Shown here piece by piece: positions 59,389 to 64,000 of a stretch of 64,000 nucleotides of DNA. Under the pieces are notes generated by a model. That model ran no database searches. It was not told the DNA's origin and saw only the letters and a list, made by a program, of their open reading frames with translations. The translations under genes and the position numbers were made by a program. How positions within the stretch are numbered: the stretch's first letter is position 1; every line of letters starts with the position of its first letter. Location of the stretch: the NCBI GenBank assembly GCA_038062015.1, contig JBBTXZ010000002.1, positions 1,266-65,265 on the forward strand. The letters are read 5' to 3'. Origin of the DNA: Patescibacteria group bacterium. GTDB lineage: Bacteria; Patescibacteriota; Minisyncoccia; 2-02-FULL-40-12.

Positions 59389-61035
59389 CTATCTGCAATC
59401 AGTCGTGTTTATAGTTAAAGTTGACCCGAAAAGCCTTAGATACTGAACCGTGCCAGCGGTGTTTGTCATGACAAGACAAACGCCCTTGGTAGTCGAGCTT
59501 GTTTCGAAAATGATACTCGTCGTGGCGGTTGAAACCTCGCCGACATTTAAGTTAGTCCCGACAGAAGCCGTGCCGCCAACCTCAAATATCGTATCCTGAT
59601 ATCCGGTGGTGCCCACCCGAGCTGCCCTTGTAACAGTCAGGTCGCCTTTAAACGAGTGGGAAGCAGCAGTATCAGCAATAAATCTGCCTGAAATCTGAAG
59701 GTTGGAAGAAATAGATGCCTTTGAGTCAAAAAAGGCATTTGAATCCACTTCAAGCAAACCCGTGACAAGAAGGTCGTTGGCTGCTGCTAAGGAGCGGGTG
59801 GTGGCGCCAGTACCAAATCTTGAGTATGCCACAGAGGCGTTGCCGGCAAACTGGGCCGCATTCTGAGAAAAGAAATAAGCGGCCGAGGCGGTAGCGTCAA
59901 AGTAAGTTCTATTTTGATGTTCAGTAAAACCGGTTATCAGCAAATCATTACTTGCTGATAGGCCGTGATTAGTCGTATCGGTGCCGAGTCGGGAATATGC
60001 CACTGACGCATTGCCGGCGAACTGAACAGCACCCGAAATCATCAAATTGGTTGCCGAGGCCGTGCCGCCGACTTCAAATTTGGTATCCAAATCAGTACCA
60101 GGGCTCACTCCCACTCTGGTGTTGCTTGTATCAATAATTAATATGTTGGTTGTCCCGGCTGTATTCTGGAATCTAAAGGCGGTGGCAGAATTGGAATTTG
60201 GCCTGAAACGGCCGTCATTCATTGTAAATACGCCTGAAACAGAAGCAGTGCCGCCGAAAGAAACCGAACCTCTAATTTCAACATCGCCCGAAACCAGAAG
60301 GTCATTGGATGCTGAAATATAATTGGCATGATTGGTGGTAGTGGTGCCGAAACGGGAATAGGCCACGGAGGCATTGCCGGCGACCTGCAAGGTATTGCCG
60401 GTTAAGAGGTAAGAAGCAGAGGCGGTGCCTTGAATTTCAGCCCGGTCATCCACTGTTAAGACACCATCAGCAGTGATTAAACCAATCCCGGTTAAGGCGC
60501 CAGTTGAAGAGATATCCCAGTCTGAAGTATTAACCTCCCCAGTATCACCATTATCTCCGAAGACGAATCTGCCCCCAGTCTGAAAGTTGCCAGAGATTGA
60601 AGCTTTACCGTCTAAGAAAGCATTACCATCTACTTCTAAGGCCCCGGAGATTAGAAGATCATTAGAAGCATCAAGGTCTGATGAGTAGCCAGTGGTAGCA
60701 GTGCCGAAACGAGAGTAAGCCACTGACGCATTGCCGGCGAACTGAACAGCACCCGAAATCATCAAGTTGGTTGCCGAGGCCGTGCCGCCGACTTCAAATT
60801 TGGTATCCAATGACCCGAAATTTACTCCCAATCTGGTACTGGTACCGTCAAAAACTAATAAATTAGTTCCTGATCCGTTTTGAAATCTTACTGCTGTCGC
60901 AGAACCACTATTAACCGTAAGAGTTCCGGTAGTGGACATATTGACGCCGATAGTTGAATCAGCCCAAGCTCCATTTATTAAAACAAAAGAAAACACCATC
61001 GACCCGACTGCGAGAAAAGAAATTAATTTTTTCAT
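59389..61035 (-). CDS. secreted repetitive (beta-helix-like) surface protein
   Basis: signal peptide ...INGAWA; four or more copies of ...GTASATNLMISGAVQFAGNASVAYSRFGT...; Gly/Ser/Thr/Asn/Ala-rich. Confidence 0.55.
   Translation of the reverse strand: MKKLISFLAVGSMVFSFVLINGAWADSTIGVNMSTTGTLTVNSGSATAVRFQNGSGTNLLVFDGTSTRLGVNFGSLDTKFEVGGTASATNLMISGAVQFAGNASVAYSRFGTATTGYSSDLDASNDLLISGALEVDGNAFLDGKASISGNFQTGGRFVFGDNGDTGEVNTSDWDISSTGALTGIGLITADGVLTVDDRAEIQGTASASYLLTGNTLQVAGNASVAYSRFGTTTTNHANYISASNDLLVSGDVEIRGSVSFGGTASVSGVFTMNDGRFRPNSNSATAFRFQNTAGTTNILIIDTSNTRVGVSPGTDLDTKFEVGGTASATNLMISGAVQFAGNASVAYSRLGTDTTNHGLSASNDLLITGFTEHQNRTYFDATASAAYFFSQNAAQFAGNASVAYSRFGTGATTRSLAAANDLLVTGLLEVDSNAFFDSKASISSNLQISGRFIADTAASHSFKGDLTVTRAARVGTTGYQDTIFEVGGTASVGTNLNVGEVSTATTSIIFETSSTTKGVCLVMTNTAGTVQYLRLFGSTLTINTTDCR
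60001..60090. repeat. 90-bp near-identical intragenic repeat, copy 1 (partner at 60721..60810)
   Basis: cactgacgcattgccggcgaactgaacagcacccgaaatcatcaaRttggttgccgaggccgtgccgccgacttcaaatttggtatccaa occurs twice with 1 mismatch. Confidence 0.7.
60721..60810. repeat. 90-bp intragenic repeat, copy 2
   Basis: see copy 1. Confidence 0.7.
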
Positions 61036-61145
61036 ACTAAAATTATAAAACTTATTACTAACAAAGACCTGTGGATAAATAATTATCCTTTAAAAGCATT
61101 ATATCAGGGAAAAAAACATTACACTGTGGATAACTTTAAAAGTAA

Positions 61146-61247
61146 ACCCCCACACCCTTACGGGTGTGGCATTGGCCGATACGCGCTTCGCGCGAACAGA
61201 AACCATTCATCCACGGGCTTACGCCCGTGGCATTCTGGGTGTGGGGG
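61146..61247. repeat. GC-rich palindromic element, copy C (intergenic; termini cccccacaccc...gggtgtggggg with nested hairpins)
   Basis: outer inverted repeat plus nested hairpins cacaccc-ttac-gggtgtg, cgcgc-ttc-gcgcg and ccacgggc-ttac-gcccgtgg; same TA-CCCCCACAC termini as copies A and B. Confidence 0.5.
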
Positions 61248-61252
61248 TAAAG

Positions 61253-62377
61253 TTAAATCAATTCCTGTAGTCTTTCGGCATAATTTTTTATTGCCGATTT
61301 TTTTTCAAAACGAGTTGCTATTTCTATGGCCGACTCACTATATTTTTGAATTGATTCTTTAACAAAAAAATAACTTGCCTTTTTAGCAATATCTTCTGCA
61401 TCCCAATCTATTAATTGGCCAAGTTGGCCATCTTTAATGATATCGGCCACTATTCCGACCGGCGTGGCCAGTATTGGCAAACCGCAAGCCATTGCTTCTA
61501 CCACTACTCTTGGCCCGCCTTCATTATAAGAAGGCATCACTAGAATCTTTGACTGATTAAGTAGTCTGGCGACTTCATGCGAATCTTTAGCCCAACCGTG
61601 AAAAACAATATTATCTTTTAATCCCAACTTCTTACTTATTACTTCTAACTTCTTCCTTAATGGCCCATTTCCAATAACAAGCATTTTAAAATTTGAATTT
61701 TGGATTTTGAGCTTACTTGCTGCTTCCAGCAGCAAGTAAATCCCTTTATTTTTAGCCAGCCGGCCGACAAAAATTAAATCGTATTTTTTCTCCAAGTTCA
61801 TGGGCCTGAAAATATCCAAATCAATATAAATAGCCGGAATTAGTTTAATTTTTGATTCCGGAATTCCTAAATTTGCAAGTTTTTCGGCTATCTGACTATT
61901 CATTACTCTCACCGCTTTTGATTTTTTAGAGTCATATTTAATAAAAGAATAAAAAAGCAGCCGGTATATTTTTTCTTTCAGGCTCGCCGCTTTTGGATAA
62001 CCGGGGATATGGAAAATTTCCAAAATATAGGGGAGCTTAATTTTGCTCCATAATAATCTCGTACCGATGCCGTTATAAAACGGCGGATACTCATGAACTG
62101 TGACCAAATCGAATTTTTGTTCTCGGTAAATTTCGCGTCCTTTTTTGAGAATCCAAAAAGATTGGAAAATAAGCGGCCACGGCGACGGATGTAAAAAAAC
62201 ATTATCAAAAGGGGCGAGGGGCGACTCGACTGGGGATCCTCCAGCCCTTGGAATAATAATATCAATTCTTTCCCAGTATTTATGAAATTCTTCCAAAGTA
62301 TTATAAAAAGCACCCTTTTCCCCGGAAGCCAGATCAATGGCGCTGCCCCGCCCGGTTATCATTAATAATTTAGCCAT
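61253..62377 (-). CDS. GT4-family glycosyltransferase
   Basis: KILVMPSYNEGGPRVVVEAMACGLPILATPVG. Confidence 0.75.
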   Translation of the reverse strand: MAKLLMITGRGSAIDLASGEKGAFYNTLEEFHKYWERIDIIIPRAGGSPVESPLAPFDNVFLHPSPWPLIFQSFWILKKGREIYREQKFDLVTVHEYPPFYNGIGTRLLWSKIKLPYILEIFHIPGYPKAASLKEKIYRLLFYSFIKYDSKKSKAVRVMNSQIAEKLANLGIPESKIKLIPAIYIDLDIFRPMNLEKKYDLIFVGRLAKNKGIYLLLEAASKLKIQNSNFKMLVIGNGPLRKKLEVISKKLGLKDNIVFHGWAKDSHEVARLLNQSKILVMPSYNEGGPRVVVEAMACGLPILATPVGIVADIIKDGQLGQLIDWDAEDIAKKASYFFVKESIQKYSESAIEIATRFEKKSAIKNYAERLQELI

Positions 62378-63578
62378 TTTTAATTAACGAATTTAGAATT
62401 TCAACCGTTTCATCGGCCATCTTTTCCACAGTGAATTTTTCGGCCGTCTTTTTCCCTTCTTCGATAAATTTTCCTCTGATATCTTCGTGATCAAAGAGAG
62501 CCTTAATTGCTTCAATAAGATTCAACTCGTCATTATACAAAACCATAAAACCGTTCTCCCCCTGTTTTATTAATTCCGGATTCCCGCCGGCGTTAGTGGT
62601 GACTACCGGCACACCAAGAGCCATCGCTTCTAAAAGCTGATGAGAAAAACCTTCATAGGCCGTATTCAAAACAAACATGTCAGCCGCGGCCAGGTAGATT
62701 TTCAATTCTTCCGGCGATTTCTTGCCGACCAAATAAACCTTATTCTGGAGGCCTAAATTATTTTTCATCGTTTCTAAAATCTCTTTGTCAGGGCCGTCGC
62801 CGACTATCACCAACCTCGCAAAATTATATTCTTTTATCAGTTCGGGCATTATTTTTATCAACATCTTAAATCCCTTCCAAGGCACGAGGCGGCCGGCCGA
62901 TAAAATTATGTTGCCGGAGATGCCGATTTCTTTCCTTGCTTTTTCCTTGCCTTGAGCCACCGGTTTAAAATCAGTCCCATTATAAATAACTTCTATATTC
63001 TTATCTTCCACGCCCCAATACCCGACTACCTTAGCTAAAAATTTAGACGGAACGATAATTTTATCGGCCGCGTGACAAACTTTCATCTGGATTTTTCTTA
63101 AAGTGTGGAACTTGCCGGAAACTTTTTTATTCTGAAAATCCAAGACGTCAATTATTGATTTTGTATCTGACTTATTATTTATTACTTTTAGCTTATTACT
63201 TATATGATATTGCTCCCAAGCATAGTCGCCGGTTATTTTGACGACGAATTTCTTTTTCAAAAACTTATTGGCCAAATAACTTGGATAGCCGGAGCTTGCC
63301 GGCCCCTGGGCATAAATGATATCGCTCGACTTGGCGACTTTCAGTAATTTTAAAAAATAACGGAGATAATTTACCGGTTTTCCGGGCCAGTCTTTAAGCC
63401 GGTGAATCCTGTAATCCGAAACGGCGTCTTCCGGATATTTTCTTTTTTTTGAACGAGTTACTAAATCAATACCAAAACCGCCCTCTTTTAATTTTGGGAG
63501 TATCGCTTTTAGATAACTTGACGGCCCGCCGATTTCCGGCCAGAAAGAACCAGCGGCTATAGTGATTTTTTTAGTCAT
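62370..63578 (-). CDS. GT4-family glycosyltransferase
   Basis: YEGFSHQLLEAMALGVPVVTTNAGGNPELI. Confidence 0.75.
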   Translation of the reverse strand: MTKKITIAAGSFWPEIGGPSSYLKAILPKLKEGGFGIDLVTRSKKRKYPEDAVSDYRIHRLKDWPGKPVNYLRYFLKLLKVAKSSDIIYAQGPASSGYPSYLANKFLKKKFVVKITGDYAWEQYHISNKLKVINNKSDTKSIIDVLDFQNKKVSGKFHTLRKIQMKVCHAADKIIVPSKFLAKVVGYWGVEDKNIEVIYNGTDFKPVAQGKEKARKEIGISGNIILSAGRLVPWKGFKMLIKIMPELIKEYNFARLVIVGDGPDKEILETMKNNLGLQNKVYLVGKKSPEELKIYLAAADMFVLNTAYEGFSHQLLEAMALGVPVVTTNAGGNPELIKQGENGFMVLYNDELNLIEAIKALFDHEDIRGKFIEEGKKTAEKFTVEKMADETVEILNSLIKNG

Positions 63579-64000
63579 ATTTTAGTTAACAAGTTAAACC
63601 TGACTATATGCCAAATCGCGGCCAAACCGTCTTTCCAGTTTATCTTTTTCCCTTCTTCGTAAGTTCGGCCATAATATGATATGGGGATTTCAAAAACTCT
63701 GAATTTATTTTTCGCCGCCAAGGCGGTCAATTCAGGGTCTATCCCAAATCTATCAGATTCTATGACGGGAATAATTTTTTGGATTGCTTCTTTTGAAAAA
63801 ACTTTATAACAGGTATACATATCAGATAGCTTTAGTCCGCTCAAAAAACCAGAAAACCAGTTTAAAAAACGGCTGAACAAATATCCCCTTCTATAGATAA
63901 TTTTTGAATGAGAATTTTTTAAAAACCTCGAACCATAAACTGCATCAGCCCAGCCTTCAATTATTGGTTGAATTAATTTTGGATAATCGCTAGGATCGTA
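63575..64000 (-). CDS. GT2 (Dpm1-like) glycosyltransferase, 3' portion; gene continues beyond the right window edge
   Basis: frame stays open upstream of the listed TTG to position 64000 (...YDPSDYPKLIQPIIEGWADAVYGSRFLKN...); GSRF and the downstream pattern are typical of the GT2 C-region. Confidence 0.65.
   Translation of the reverse strand, partial: YDPSDYPKLIQPIIEGWADAVYGSRFLKNSHSKIIYRRGYLFSRFLNWFSGFLSGLKLSDMYTCYKVFSKEAIQKIIPVIESDRFGIDPELTALAAKNKFRVFEIPISYYGRTYEEGKKINWKDGLAAIWHIVRFNLLTKI

Overview
This 64-kb window comes from an AT-rich, gene-dense bacterial genome. Composition, the run of 4-bp-overlapping minus-strand operons, and housekeeping genes (murD, secF, secA) sitting among dozens of sugar-modifying genes suggest a reduced CPR/Patescibacteria-like organism, but this is inference. 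The left ~11 kb holds a HerA/FtsK-superfamily ATPase with a membrane partner, a sigma70-region-4/HARE-HTH protein, murD, secF, secA and a secreted Zn-peptidase. From ~11.4 kb to the right edge the window is one very large cell-surface glycan biosynthesis island. It contains an O-antigen-ligase-like/TPR membrane protein, a WbaP-type initiating phosphotransferase, a Wzx flippase, at least three GT-C membrane glycosyltransferases (two with TPR), about ten GT-B/GT4 transferases, GT2 and GT11 enzymes, a NeuB/KdsC/NeuA-type ulosonic-acid module that looks like a KDN-type route from F6P, a Gmd/ColD-like/Fcl-like 3,6-dideoxyhexose (colitose-type) module, a NodU-type carbamoyltransferase with two tiny membrane proteins, a TylC3-like C-methyltransferase and several O-methyltransferases, then PG-binding and repetitive secreted surface proteins. 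The main unexplained structure is a family of GC-rich palindromic mini-elements (termini TACCCCCACAC...GTGTGGGGGTA) at three loci, two of them translated in-frame inside genes. Also notable are a ~56-80 bp hairpin-containing repeat inserted in-frame twice inside secA, two GC-rich gene islands with their own terminators, a ~680-bp non-coding stretch with GC-rich hairpins and a small terminated transcription unit, and a 7-bp microsatellite in a signal-peptide coding region. No rRNA, tRNA, CRISPR array or transposase was recognised.
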